NCBI GenBank assembly: GCA_963665775.2 | Contig: CAXXTF010000002.1 | Coordinates: 640,001 to 704,000 of the forward strand | From: Dehalococcoidia bacterium | GTDB lineage: Bacteria; Chloroflexota; Dehalococcoidia; SM23-28-2; RBG-16-64-32 | Direction: 5' to 3' | DNA: 64,000 nt | Part shown: piece by piece, positions 36,628 to 46,093 of the stretch | Layout: each line of letters opens with the position of its first letter | Position numbering within the stretch: the first letter of the stretch is position 1 | The notes under the pieces: generated by a model | Database searches by the model: none | Told to the model about the DNA's origin: nothing | The model's input: only the letters and a program-made list of their open reading frames with translations | Made by a program: the position numbers and the translations under genes

Positions 36628-37410
36628 TTGCGACCTGCCATCTACTTAGGCGCCCTGTTCGCGGGCCTGGCGATCCTCGCAGCGTGCGCCGGCGGCGGCG
36701 GGCGGGGCAGCCCAAACCAACCGAGTGCCGCCACCGGCGTCACAGCCTCCTGCCAGCCGATTGGGGAGATACAGAGCTACCGCTACACCATCTCCTTACA
36801 GTTGGAATCACCCGCCTTTCAGACGTCGAACGGAGACTCGTCCGACGAACCGCTCAGCGCCTTCGCCGATGCCTTAACGGCCCTCTTCGGCGACATGCAG
36901 CTAGAGGGCGCGTATGTCGCCCCCGATCGCTCCCAAACCATCCTGCGGTTCCAGAACGAGGAGGTGGAGCTCCGAGTCATCGGTGGTCAGAGCTGGATAC
37001 GGGTAGGAGCGACCTGGCAAGTTCAGGACGCATCGTCCGAAGACAACACCCTGCTGACCCCCCAATCGGTCTGTGAGGAGATCGTCGAGGAGCTGTTCCC
37101 GTCCCTCCCCGAGGTGGACTCTCAGCCCGAGAGTGTGAACGGGGTGGAAACAGATTATTATCGACTGGATGAGGCAGAGCTGGAAACGCTGCCGGAATTA
37201 GTAGGCGCCACTTCGGCCCTTCCTGAGAACTTCGTTGCGGACCTTTGGCTGACCCGCGAGGGAGGCTGGCCGATGCGGCTACGAATCACCGCTTCAGACA
37301 CCAACGAGGCGGGCCAGCCATTCGGGCTGGAGCTGTTCATGGAGTTCCGCGACATCAACGACCCCAATATCGAGATCGAGCCTCCCCAGATATCGCCGCT
37401 CGGGACGTAG
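36628..37410 (+). CDS. LppX/LprAFG-like lipoprotein
   Basis: Lipobox LAAC; ESVNGVET..Y; C-terminal DINDPNIEIEPP. Confidence 0.6.
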   Translation: MRPAIYLGALFAGLAILAACAGGGGRGSPNQPSAATGVTASCQPIGEIQSYRYTISLQLESPAFQTSNGDSSDEPLSAFADALTALFGDMQLEGAYVAPDRSQTILRFQNEEVELRVIGGQSWIRVGATWQVQDASSEDNTLLTPQSVCEEIVEELFPSLPEVDSQPESVNGVETDYYRLDEAELETLPELVGATSALPENFVADLWLTREGGWPMRLRITASDTNEAGQPFGLELFMEFRDINDPNIEIEPPQISPLGT

Positions 37411-37419
37411 CGCCCAGGG

Positions 37420-37635
37420 CTACAGCAGCTTGCGGATGGCCTTACGGCCGGGGCGGGAGTCGTAGTTAGACTTGAACATCTCCAGCTTGTCTCGCTCGAT
37501 GAGGTACTTGCCGGCGAACAGGATAGCCGGCACCTTCTTCTGCTTGATGAGGCGGCGGAGGCTCTGAGGGTGAATGGCCAGGATGCGGGCCGCCTCCACC
37601 AAGTCCAGGTAGTTATCGAACGGTTCCGTCGTCAT
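37420..37635 (-). CDS. excisionase/MerR-like HTH protein
   Basis: YLDLVEAARILAIHPQSLRRLIK. Confidence 0.75.
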   Translation of the reverse strand: MTTEPFDNYLDLVEAARILAIHPQSLRRLIKQKKVPAILFAGKYLIERDKLEMFKSNYDSRPGRKAIRKLL

Positions 37636-37821
37636 GGAGAAGCTCCAGGTAACATGCTAACACACATGAATAATACTAGCACGGGCTGTCAAGCGCAGAC
37701 TGGCCCCACCCCACAGGCCGGTTGAGATTCGGTGAACACTCCCAGATCGCGACGTTACCCGTATTGACAGACATCTCTCACCCTCCTAACATGAACTAAC
37801 GCCCGGGTCCTGCGCAGACCT

Positions 37822-39360
37822 GTGATGCGGGTATGTTTTTGGGGAACGGTTGGGGGGAGGACTCGCGATGATACAGCGGTTGCCGCTTATATCGGTTTTG
37901 GGCCTGGGGCGGCACTGGTCGCCCTGGCTCTCGTCTTCTCTGGCGGCGCTGGCGCCGCGGGGCCGCCTGACGGGAACGGGCTCGACCACGCGATTGCAAT
38001 CCAGGAGGCCCATACCGATCGTCTGATGGCTATGTCTGGCGTCGTCGGTACGGGCGTGGGCGTGGGAGCGGACGGGCAGCCAGTGATTCGCGTCTACGTC
38101 CTCTCCGGTGCCGTCACCGGCCTTCCTCCAGCGCTAGATGGCGTCGCGCTCGAGCCCGTAGTGACCGGCTTGATCGTCGCTCGCGCCTGCCAAGACACGG
38201 GCGATCCTACGGAGAGGTGTGACCGGCCGGTCCCCATCGGCGTTTCCACCGGCCACCCCAAAATCACTGCCGGCACGATCGCCGCGCGTGTCACGGACGG
38301 CACCAACGTGTTCGCCCTGAGCAACAACCACGTCTACGCCGACACGAACGACGCGAATATCGGCGATCAGGCCCTCCAGCCCGGCCCCGCCGATGGGGGC
38401 AGGAAGGGGCGGGACAAGGTCGGCGATCTGTTCGCTTTCGAAATAATCGTGTTTGACTTTCTCGACTGCACGGATAACGACGTCAACACGGTTTGTGACA
38501 TCAACACCATCGACGCCGCAATCGCAATCTCCTCGACGGACCAACTCGGCAACGCGACGCTGCCCGCCGGCTACGGGACCCCGAATTCCGCCACGGTCGG
38601 GGCAGTCGTCAACATGGCAGTCCAGAAATGCGGCAGAACGACCGACTGCACTCAGGGCACGGTTTTGGCGACCAACGTCACCCTGGATATTTGCTACAAG
38701 CCGGTAGGGCCGTTCTGCTTTACTGATGGCATCGCCAGGTTCGTTGACCAGATCGAAGTTGGGGACGGCAATTTCAGCGCCCCGGGCGACTCCGGCTCCC
38801 TGATCGTGACTAACGACGCGAACAACAATCCAGTTGCGCTACTGTTCGCGGGTGGTGCTAATTCTACGTTTGCCAACCCGATCGACCCGGTGCTGGCGGC
38901 CTTCAGCGTGACCATCGACGATGGCACACCTGCGCCTACGCCCGCACCTACTACACCTGCACCTACGCCCGCACCCAGCCCGGCGCCCTCCTCCGACATG
39001 CACGTGGGCGACCTGGACAGTGAGTCATTCAAGCTGGCTCAGGGCAAGTGGAGAGCGGAGGTCACCATCGAGGTGCACGACGGCAGCCACAGCCTGGTGA
39101 CGGGCTTCACCGTTACGGGGACGTTCACACAGAACGGGGACACGATAGCCGTTACCTGCACCGACGGGGATGCCAATGATGACCTCGACGGCGCCTTAAA
39201 TGGGCAGTGCAGAGTGGACTCCGGGCAGTTCCCCAACAACAGCGGTAACGCCACCTTCACCGTGGACAGCGTGACGGATGTGACTCTCACGTATCAATTG
39301 GCCGATAACCACGACCCTGACGGTGAGAGCGACGGCACCACCATCCAGCTGAGCAAGTAG
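37822..39360 (+). CDS. secreted trypsin-like serine protease with P/T linker and C-terminal beta domain
   Basis: LSNNHV, IDAA, GDSGS triad; PAPT repeats; start uncertain. Confidence 0.75.
   Translation: MMRVCFWGTVGGRTRDDTAVAAYIGFGPGAALVALALVFSGGAGAAGPPDGNGLDHAIAIQEAHTDRLMAMSGVVGTGVGVGADGQPVIRVYVLSGAVTGLPPALDGVALEPVVTGLIVARACQDTGDPTERCDRPVPIGVSTGHPKITAGTIAARVTDGTNVFALSNNHVYADTNDANIGDQALQPGPADGGRKGRDKVGDLFAFEIIVFDFLDCTDNDVNTVCDINTIDAAIAISSTDQLGNATLPAGYGTPNSATVGAVVNMAVQKCGRTTDCTQGTVLATNVTLDICYKPVGPFCFTDGIARFVDQIEVGDGNFSAPGDSGSLIVTNDANNNPVALLFAGGANSTFANPIDPVLAAFSVTIDDGTPAPTPAPTTPAPTPAPSPAPSSDMHVGDLDSESFKLAQGKWRAEVTIEVHDGSHSLVTGFTVTGTFTQNGDTIAVTCTDGDANDDLDGALNGQCRVDSGQFPNNSGNATFTVDSVTDVTLTYQLADNHDPDGESDGTTIQLSK
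38926..38990 (+). repeat. PAPT-coding tandem repeat
   Basis: ACACCTGC(G/A)CCTACGCCCGCACC duplicated at 27-bp period. Confidence 0.7.
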
Positions 39361-39385
39361 CGCTGTCGTTTTTCCACGCTTCTTT

Positions 39386-39415
39386 GGGGGGCGGGCCAGC
39401 ACTCGCCCGCCCTCC
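39386..39415 (+). terminator. GC-rich hairpin after protease gene
   Basis: GGGCGGGC...GCCCGCCC; short T tail. Confidence 0.4.
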
Positions 39416-39491
39416 TTCATTGCCACGGGAAAACCAATAATCTGCTTGCTAAACTCGAACGCCTCGCGTATATTGGGAACTGAGCTAACGC

Positions 39492-39974
39492 ATGGCCTAT
39501 AAGATCCTCGACACCTGCATCGGCTGCACCGCCTGCGTCAAGCGCTGCCCCACGGACGCCATCTCAGGCACCCGTAACGCCATCCACATCATCGATCCCG
39601 AGCTCTGCATCGACTGCGGCGCTTGTGGTGTCGTCTGTCCCCCGGAGTGCATTGCCGATGAACAGGGCGACCTCACCAAGGGCTTTCCCCGCCGCGAATG
39701 GCCCAAGGCCATCGTCCTTGAGGAGAACTGCATCGGTGCCGGCTGCGAGCTCTGCATCAACATCTGCCCCTTCGACGCCCTGCTACTCGACCTCTCCGGC
39801 GAGCATGTCGGCGACTTCTACGGCGTCGCCAAGCTCATCGAGCGGCGCTGCACCGGCTGCCGCCTCTGTGAGGAGGCCTGCGGCTGGGACGCCATCTACA
39901 TCGATCCGCCCAGGGATATCCTCAAGAAACACATCTACGATCCCAGCGAGCTCGCTGAAACCGCCGCCGGCTAA
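39492..39974 (+). CDS. polyferredoxin with four 4Fe-4S motifs
   Basis: Four CxxCxxCxxxC-type motifs; upstream TTGCTA-17-TATATT. Confidence 0.88.
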   Translation: MAYKILDTCIGCTACVKRCPTDAISGTRNAIHIIDPELCIDCGACGVVCPPECIADEQGDLTKGFPRREWPKAIVLEENCIGAGCELCINICPFDALLLDLSGEHVGDFYGVAKLIERRCTGCRLCEEACGWDAIYIDPPRDILKKHIYDPSELAETAAG

Positions 39975-40030
39975 GACCCCCAGCCACCGCTCACCCCCAA
40001 ACCAACAAGCCAACAAGCCAGAGAAGCCCC

Positions 40031-40097
40031 GTCATTCTGAGCGAAGCGAGGAATCTCCAGGCGCCGTGTTAGACCCTTCCCTGCTTTCAGGGTGACA
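40031..40097. repeat. REP-like palindromic element
   Basis: GTCATTCTGA...TCAGGGTGAC imperfect terminal pairing. Confidence 0.55.
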
Positions 40098-40165
40098 GTA
40101 AAGGGGCCCTGGTTCAGATTCCTGGTTTGCCGGTTTGGCCGTTTGCTATACTACACCTGTCGGGC

Positions 40166-40258
40166 GGAGGGATCGCATAGTGGCCGAGTGCGCCCGCCTG
40201 CTAAGCGGGTAGGGGGTGATAAGCCCCCTCGTGGGTTCGAATCCCACTCCCTCCGCCA
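40166..40258 (+). tRNA. tRNA-Ser(GCT)
   Basis: Anticodon arm CCCGC-CTGCTAA-GCGGG, long variable arm, TTCGAA, CCA. Confidence 0.97.
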
Positions 40259-40322
40259 GCCTTTGGGCAGATGAATGCCGCAGCCAGCTCGCGGCAACTC
40301 GCAAGTGGAGGCCACGTCTGGT

Positions 40323-40899
40323 ATGGGCACCGATAGATTCCAGGTATACAAAGGACCGTGCGAATGTGGAAACGGGGAATACCTAGCGAACCACTGCACT
40401 CCAGACCACCCATACCCCACGAACTCACAGTGGTGGGAGTGCGAGATTACCTGCCCAAGGTGCGCGCAGATCTACAAGTTGGAAGTGCGGGGCAGACAGC
40501 TTACCGAAATTCTGATATCGGACGTCCAGGAGCGCGAAGGCCTCCAAGAGCAGTGGTACCAAGCCGAGAAGGGAGTGCATGGAGCGGTCGCAGCACTACC
40601 TGAACAAGTTTGCGGCGACGCTCCGAGAGCAGTCTTCTGTGGCGGCTATTTACCGGTACCTAAAAGCCACCGGCATCTTCCCTCTTCTCCTCACCACCGA
40701 GCAGACATTTCGCAGGCACTGGCAGGGGGCTGGGAACGCCGATAGGTGGGTTAATCTCAATGTCCGCGTAGAGCAAATCCCGTCCATCATAAGATTTCTG
40801 GGACACGAAGACCGAGCTATTGAAGCAGAAGTCCAAGCGGTTGAAAATCTGTACAGGATGCTGACACCGCCGTCAGGCAAGGCGATCGCGCGGATTTGA
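40323..40899 (+). pseudogene. frameshifted Cys-rich hypothetical gene
   Basis: Two overlapping ORFs in different frames (CECG..CPRC, then 40579-40899); lower GC; next to tRNA-Ser. Confidence 0.45.
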
Positions 40900-40969
40900 G
40901 CCCACGAGTCTCACAATCTCCGTTATCCCAAACATCAAACGCTCGCAGGCGCGCGACAGATAGCCCGCC

Positions 40970-41596
40970 CTAGAGCGCGAACAGGTCCAGCAGCGCGTCG
41001 CCCACTATCACCAGCAAGATTACCCGTATCGTCTTCCCAATCCCCACCGCTAGCAGAAACCGCCAGAAGTTCATCCGCACCACCCCCGCCGTCACCCCTG
41101 CGAACTCGAACGCCGGGTTCGGCACTGCCGAAAGAAACAGCAGCGTGGCGAAACCGTAGTGGGCCATCAGCCAGTCCACCCAGCCGGCCATCTTCCGCAG
41201 CCAGCGCCCCGCTCGGCCCCGTAGCGGCATCTGCCGCTCCTCCGCCACCCCTCGGCCAACCGCCCCCGCCAGATACGCCGTACTCTCTGCCAGCGTCATC
41301 GCGGACGCCCCCGCCACCACCACGGCCACCGGGTTCAGCCCCAGCTCCCGCGGCCCCGCCACGATCAGCAGCTGGGCCGCCAGCGTCAGCCCCGGCACCG
41401 GCACGAACACCGTCGCTGTGCCCAGGAAGTTCGCCACGAATATCCCTGGCAGACCCAGCGTCTCCAGATCGTCCTTGTCCAGCCAGCCCAGCGCGAACGG
41501 CAACCACGTGCCGAACACGACCGCCAGCACCACCAACCCGGCGGCCACCAGCGGGAGCCACCGCGGTATCCTCTTCACCGGCAGCCACGACGGCAT
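40970..41596 (-). CDS. DedA/VTT-family membrane protein
   Basis: VFVPVPG, YLAG, VPNPAFE, GIGKTIR. Confidence 0.75.
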   Translation of the reverse strand: MPSWLPVKRIPRWLPLVAAGLVVLAVVFGTWLPFALGWLDKDDLETLGLPGIFVANFLGTATVFVPVPGLTLAAQLLIVAGPRELGLNPVAVVVAGASAMTLAESTAYLAGAVGRGVAEERQMPLRGRAGRWLRKMAGWVDWLMAHYGFATLLFLSAVPNPAFEFAGVTAGVVRMNFWRFLLAVGIGKTIRVILLVIVGDALLDLFAL

Positions 41597-41766
41597 ATTT
41601 AACACCGCCCGACCGCTGCCTGGCGCCGACGGCTGATCCCCCCCGCCCCTGTCTCCCCTACGAACGTCCACTCTGCCATCGCTCTGTCAGTATAAGCGCT
41701 CCCCGCCGCGTCTCATGCCCACACTCTCCTCCTATCCCGTCTCCCTATGCTACAATCTGTCTCGCC

Positions 41767-43074
41767 ATGCGCTATCACATCTGGACTGAAGGCTGCCAGA
41801 TGAACGAGGCTGACTCCCAGAAGCTGGCCGCCGGCCTCGCCAAGCTGGGCTGGCAAGAGGCCTCCAAGCCCGAAGGGGCGGATCTCGCCATCGTCAACAC
41901 CTGCGTCGTGCGCCAAAAGGCCGAGGATCGCGCCTACGGCTATCTGGGCCACCTTCATCGCCTTAAACAAGGCCGGGACGGGGAATTTCAGATCGCCGTC
42001 ATGGGCTGCCTCGTCGGCCCTCGCACCGACGACCTGCGAGCCCGTTTCCCCTTCGTGGACATCTGGGCCCGACCCCAAAACTTCGAGGTCATCCTTCGCC
42101 ACCTCCTGCCCCAATCCGACCTGGGCGGCGAATTCTGGCCCGACACCTTCCCCGAACCTAAGGGTCCCACAGCCTTCATCCCCATCATCCACGGCTGCAA
42201 TAAGTTCTGCACCTACTGCATCGTTCCCTACCGTCGCGGCCGCGAGCGCTCTCGCACCATAGACGACGTCGCCCGCGAGGTGACATCCCTCTGTGCCAGG
42301 GGAGTTCGCGAGGTCACCCTCCTCGGCCAGACCGTCGAGGCCTACGGCAAGGACCTTCCGGATAAGCCCGACCTGGCCGACCTCTTCACCGCCATCCACG
42401 ATGCGCCCGGCCTCGCCCGCATTCGCTTCCTCACCTCCTACCCCCGCGATATGACCGAGCGGATCATCGCCGCTGTCGGGAGCCTGCCCAAGCTCTGCGA
42501 GCACTTCAACATCCCGGTCCAGGCCGCCGATAACGAACTGCTGGCCCGGATGCGCCGCGGCTACACTATTGAGGATTATGTCGAGTGGGTCCACCGCATC
42601 CGCCAGATCGTCCCCACCGCCGCCCTCAGCACGGACGTCATCGTCGGCTTCTGCGGCGAGACCGAGGCTCAGTTCCAGCGCATCCTCGATCTTCTGGCGC
42701 AGATCCGCTTCGACAAGGTCCATGTCGCCGCCTACTCGCCCCGTCCCGGCACCATCGCCTGGCGCCACCTCGAGGACGACGTGCCTCAGGACGAGAAGAT
42801 GCGCCGCCTCCACGCTGTAGAGACCCTCCAGGAGAGCATCGGCACCGAGATCAACCGACAGCTCCTGGGCACGACACAGGAGGTCCTGGTCGAGGGGGAA
42901 AAGGATGGCGTCCTTACCGGCCGCACCCGCACCAATAAGCTCGTTCACTTCCCGGGTCACGGCAACCTTGGCCGGCTGGTAGACGTCCGGATCGAAAAGG
43001 CCAGCCCCTGGGCCCTTCAGGGGCTACCCGTCGGAAGGCAGGTTGCAACGGTCGGGCCACCCGTCTCGTCCTAA
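41767..43074 (+). CDS. miaB: tRNA i6A37 methylthiotransferase
   Basis: GCQMN, NTC, CNKFCTYC, IVGFCGETE, TRAM tail. Confidence 0.93.
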   Translation: MRYHIWTEGCQMNEADSQKLAAGLAKLGWQEASKPEGADLAIVNTCVVRQKAEDRAYGYLGHLHRLKQGRDGEFQIAVMGCLVGPRTDDLRARFPFVDIWARPQNFEVILRHLLPQSDLGGEFWPDTFPEPKGPTAFIPIIHGCNKFCTYCIVPYRRGRERSRTIDDVAREVTSLCARGVREVTLLGQTVEAYGKDLPDKPDLADLFTAIHDAPGLARIRFLTSYPRDMTERIIAAVGSLPKLCEHFNIPVQAADNELLARMRRGYTIEDYVEWVHRIRQIVPTAALSTDVIVGFCGETEAQFQRILDLLAQIRFDKVHVAAYSPRPGTIAWRHLEDDVPQDEKMRRLHAVETLQESIGTEINRQLLGTTQEVLVEGEKDGVLTGRTRTNKLVHFPGHGNLGRLVDVRIEKASPWALQGLPVGRQVATVGPPVSS

Positions 43075-43084
43075 CGTTCCCCCC

Positions 43085-43771
43085 ATGACTGCTCCCCTTT
43101 CCACCACCAACCCACGACCCGCCACCACCGATCGTCCTCCCCACATCGCCGTCCTCGTCGTCATCTTCACCGTGGAGGCCGACGAGCTGCGGGTGCTCCT
43201 CATACGCCGCAGCGCCGAGCCGGCCAAGAACGCCTGGTCCCTCCCCGGCGGCCTCCTGGCCCCCGACGAGTCGCTGGACGAAGCCGCCATTCGCAAGCTG
43301 GACGACGAGACCGGCGTCAGCGATCTCTTCCTCGAACAGCTCTACACCTTCTGTGACCTAGACGACCGCGCCTCCGTCTCCGTCGCCGTCGCCTATTTCG
43401 CCCTGGTGGACATCCGGCAGACCCACCTCGCCCGCCGCCGCGCCTGGCCTCCCGCCTGGTTTCCCATCGCTGCCCTGCCCGTTCCTCTCGCCTTCCACAA
43501 TGATCGTGTCATCGACTACGCCCTCCAGCGCCTCCGTGCCAAGCTGGACTACTCTAACGTCGCCTACTCCCTCCTTCCCGACGAGTTCACCCTCTCCCAG
43601 CTCCAGCGGGTCTACGAGGCGATCCTGGCCCGACCCCTGGACAAACGCAACTTCCGCAAGCGCATTCTCTCGCAGGCCATCATCGAGTCCACCGGCCACA
43701 CCCTGGCCGAGAGCCGCCACCGCCCCGCCCGCCTTTACACGTTTCGGGAACACCACCCGATCATCTTCTAG
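43085..43771 (+). CDS. nrtR: Nudix-related transcriptional regulator
   Basis: WSLPGG, LEQLYTF, LAFH, FTLSQLQRVYE, DKRNFRK, RPARLY. Confidence 0.88.
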   Translation: MTAPLSTTNPRPATTDRPPHIAVLVVIFTVEADELRVLLIRRSAEPAKNAWSLPGGLLAPDESLDEAAIRKLDDETGVSDLFLEQLYTFCDLDDRASVSVAVAYFALVDIRQTHLARRRAWPPAWFPIAALPVPLAFHNDRVIDYALQRLRAKLDYSNVAYSLLPDEFTLSQLQRVYEAILARPLDKRNFRKRILSQAIIESTGHTLAESRHRPARLYTFREHHPIIF

Positions 43772-43888
43772 CCCGCGGATCCGCCGCCAAGACGACACGG
43801 CCCTTGCCCGCAACGGGGGTTGCTGCTATATTTACTTATCGAAAGCTGCCCGCAGGGGCGGTTTTCTGTACTCGAGAGGACGAGAGCT

Positions 43889-44197
43889 TTGCCGATCTAC
43901 GAATATAGATGCCCCCGTGGGCACCACTACGAAATGACGGAGGGGTTCGATGCTCCTTCCGAGCATGCCTGCCCCCACTGTGGTGCCTCCGCCAAGCGTC
44001 AGTTCAGTACGCCGGCAGTGATCTTCAAGGGCAGCGGGTTTTACAGCACGGACAACCCTAAGGCTTCGTCCGCCGGAGGCGGCCCATCCGCCGACACGGC
44101 GACATCGGAGGAGCGGCCTCCTTCGCGGGAGAGCGGGAGCGATGCCAAGGCAGACGCCAAGGCAGACACCAAGACGGAAACGAAGGCAAAGGACTAG
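43889..44197 (+). CDS. FmdB-family zinc ribbon protein
   Basis: PIYEYRC..CPHCG..FKGSGFYSTD. Confidence 0.88.
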   Translation: MPIYEYRCPRGHHYEMTEGFDAPSEHACPHCGASAKRQFSTPAVIFKGSGFYSTDNPKASSAGGGPSADTATSEERPPSRESGSDAKADAKADTKTETKAKD

Positions 44198-44296
44198 ACG
44201 CCCTCTCGTCCGCGCCCGCCGCGCCCCTTCGGGGCGGTTACTCGTTTTACCCAAAGACTCTTTGCCCCAGCGCAGCGGTTGCGGCATGATTGCGAC

Positions 44297-44761
44297 ATGC
44301 GGGTGGTGATCCAGCGGGTGAGCCGAGCCTCCGTATCGGTGGGCAGCGAGAGGATAGCGTCCATCGGACCGGGGCTCCTGCTACTGGTGGGGGTGGCGCA
44401 GGGAGATGGAGACGCGGAGGCGCAGCGGTTGGCCCAGAAGTGCGCCGGCCTGCGCCTCTTCTCCGATCCGGAGGGGAGGTTCAGCCTGTCGCTGCTGGAC
44501 ACCAAGGGCCAGGCGCTGGTGGTGAGCCAGTTCACCCTGCTGGCGAACGCGCGGAGGGGACGGCGGCCCAGCTTCGCCGCCGCCGCGGCGCCCGAGACCG
44601 CCGAGCCGATCGTGGAGACGTTCGCCCAAGCGATGCGGGAGGCGGGCGTGCCCACGCAAACCGGCCGCTTCGGCGCGATGATGGCCGTGGAGCTGCTGAA
44701 CGACGGCCCGGTGACGATCGTGCTGGACAGCGAGGAGCTGGAGCGGCCACGACGGGGGTAG
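44297..44761 (+). CDS. dtd: D-aminoacyl-tRNA deacylase
   Basis: [25 protein letters not shown]. Confidence 0.95.
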   Translation: MRVVIQRVSRASVSVGSERIASIGPGLLLLVGVAQGDGDAEAQRLAQKCAGLRLFSDPEGRFSLSLLDTKGQALVVSQFTLLANARRGRRPSFAAAAAPETAEPIVETFAQAMREAGVPTQTGRFGAMMAVELLNDGPVTIVLDSEELERPRRG

Positions 44762-44771
44762 GAACACACAA

Positions 44772-44802
44772 TTGACACAGCCTGGGAGGGGCGCTATATA
44801 AT
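44772..44802 (+). promoter_or_regulatory. sigma70-like promoter
   Basis: TTGACA-17-TATATA(AT). Confidence 0.6.
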
Positions 44803-44853
44803 CTGCCTGACGCAAGTTCGGCACCCGAAAGGGCCGCAAGGAGGAGGGAAGCG

Positions 44854-45105
44854 ATGTCCCAGTTCTTAGACAGTCACCCAACTATGGCGAACGTGCCGCC
44901 CGAGGTGGTGCAGCAGATCAAAGAAAAGCTGCAGGCCAGACAACCAGACGCGTTCGGCGTCGTAGGTCTCAATATGTTCGTGACGAAGGACATCACGTAC
45001 TGCTTAGCCGAGGCACCCAACGCCGAGGCAGTGCACAAATCCCACGAGGCGATGGGTCTTAAACTGGGATCGGGCGATGTCAACGAGGTGCAGAGCCTGG
45101 TCTAA
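44854..45105 (+). CDS. DUF4242-like small protein
   Basis: FLDSH...YCLAEAPNAEAVHKSH; SD GGAGGAGG. Confidence 0.65.
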   Translation: MSQFLDSHPTMANVPPEVVQQIKEKLQARQPDAFGVVGLNMFVTKDITYCLAEAPNAEAVHKSHEAMGLKLGSGDVNEVQSLV

Positions 45106-45190
45106 GTCCGCCACAGAATCGATCCTCGAGCGGAGTTACCACAAACCATAACGTTCGGGAGCGCCCCTTCGTGCGGGCCCTTCCGAGTTG

Positions 45191-46093
45191 TCATAGTTTG
45201 CTACGGGCTGTTACTGCGCCCTCTACCTCCAGGCTCAGGTCCAGCGCCACCGCCGAATGGGTGATCGCCCCCATCGAGATAAACCCTACGCCCGTTTCGG
45301 CCACCTGGCGGGCGTTGGCCAGACCGATGCCCCCGGAGGCCTCCAGGCCGGGGCGCGGATCGCGGGCGGCGGCCAAAGCGACGACCTCCCCCATGGCACC
45401 TGGGGACATGTTGTCCAGCAGGAGCTCGTCGGCGGCGGCGTCCAGCGCCTCGCGCGCCTCCTCGACAGTCGCCACCTCGATCTCGATGCACCGGCCCGGG
45501 TTCGCCGCCCGCGCCAGGCGGACGGCCTCCGCGATGCCCAGGCCGCAGGCGCGGAGGGCAGCCAGGTGGTTGTCCTTGATGAGGACTCCTTCGGCCAGGT
45601 TCGGACGGTGGTTGGTGCCACCACCCATGCGGACGGCGTACTTCTCCAGGACCCGAAGGCCGGGCACGGTCTTGCGAGTGTCGCGGAGACGGCAGCTCGT
45701 TCCCTGAAGGGCCTGCACCACGGCGGCAGTGGCGGTAGCCACGCCGCTGAGGTGGCTCAGGTAGTTGAGGGCGACCCGCTCCCCATGCAGGATAGCGGCC
45801 AGCGAGCCCTCGACTGTCGCTACGCGGTCGCCGGGGGAGAGTCGGTCGCCGTCCCGGCTATGCGGCTGCCACGCCAGCGAGGCGTCGATGACAGCGAACA
45901 CGGCAGCGGCCACAGGGAGACCGGCGAGCACACCCGCCGCCTTCGCCACGATGACGGCGCTGCCGGGCTGCTCGTCGGCCACGAGGGCGGCGGTGGTGAT
46001 GTCCTGCCCGGCGCGGTCCTCCTTGAGAGCGTCCTCCGCCAGGCGGCGCATCTCGGCCTCGTCGAGGGCGAGAGAGGGATCAGGAGAGCTCAT
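45191..46093 (-). CDS. nadC: quinolinate phosphoribosyltransferase
   Basis: DTRKT, LIKDNH, IEIEV, LLLDN, EASGGI. Confidence 0.95.
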   Translation of the reverse strand: MSSPDPSLALDEAEMRRLAEDALKEDRAGQDITTAALVADEQPGSAVIVAKAAGVLAGLPVAAAVFAVIDASLAWQPHSRDGDRLSPGDRVATVEGSLAAILHGERVALNYLSHLSGVATATAAVVQALQGTSCRLRDTRKTVPGLRVLEKYAVRMGGGTNHRPNLAEGVLIKDNHLAALRACGLGIAEAVRLARAANPGRCIEIEVATVEEAREALDAAADELLLDNMSPGAMGEVVALAAARDPRPGLEASGGIGLANARQVAETGVGFISMGAITHSAVALDLSLEVEGAVTARSKL

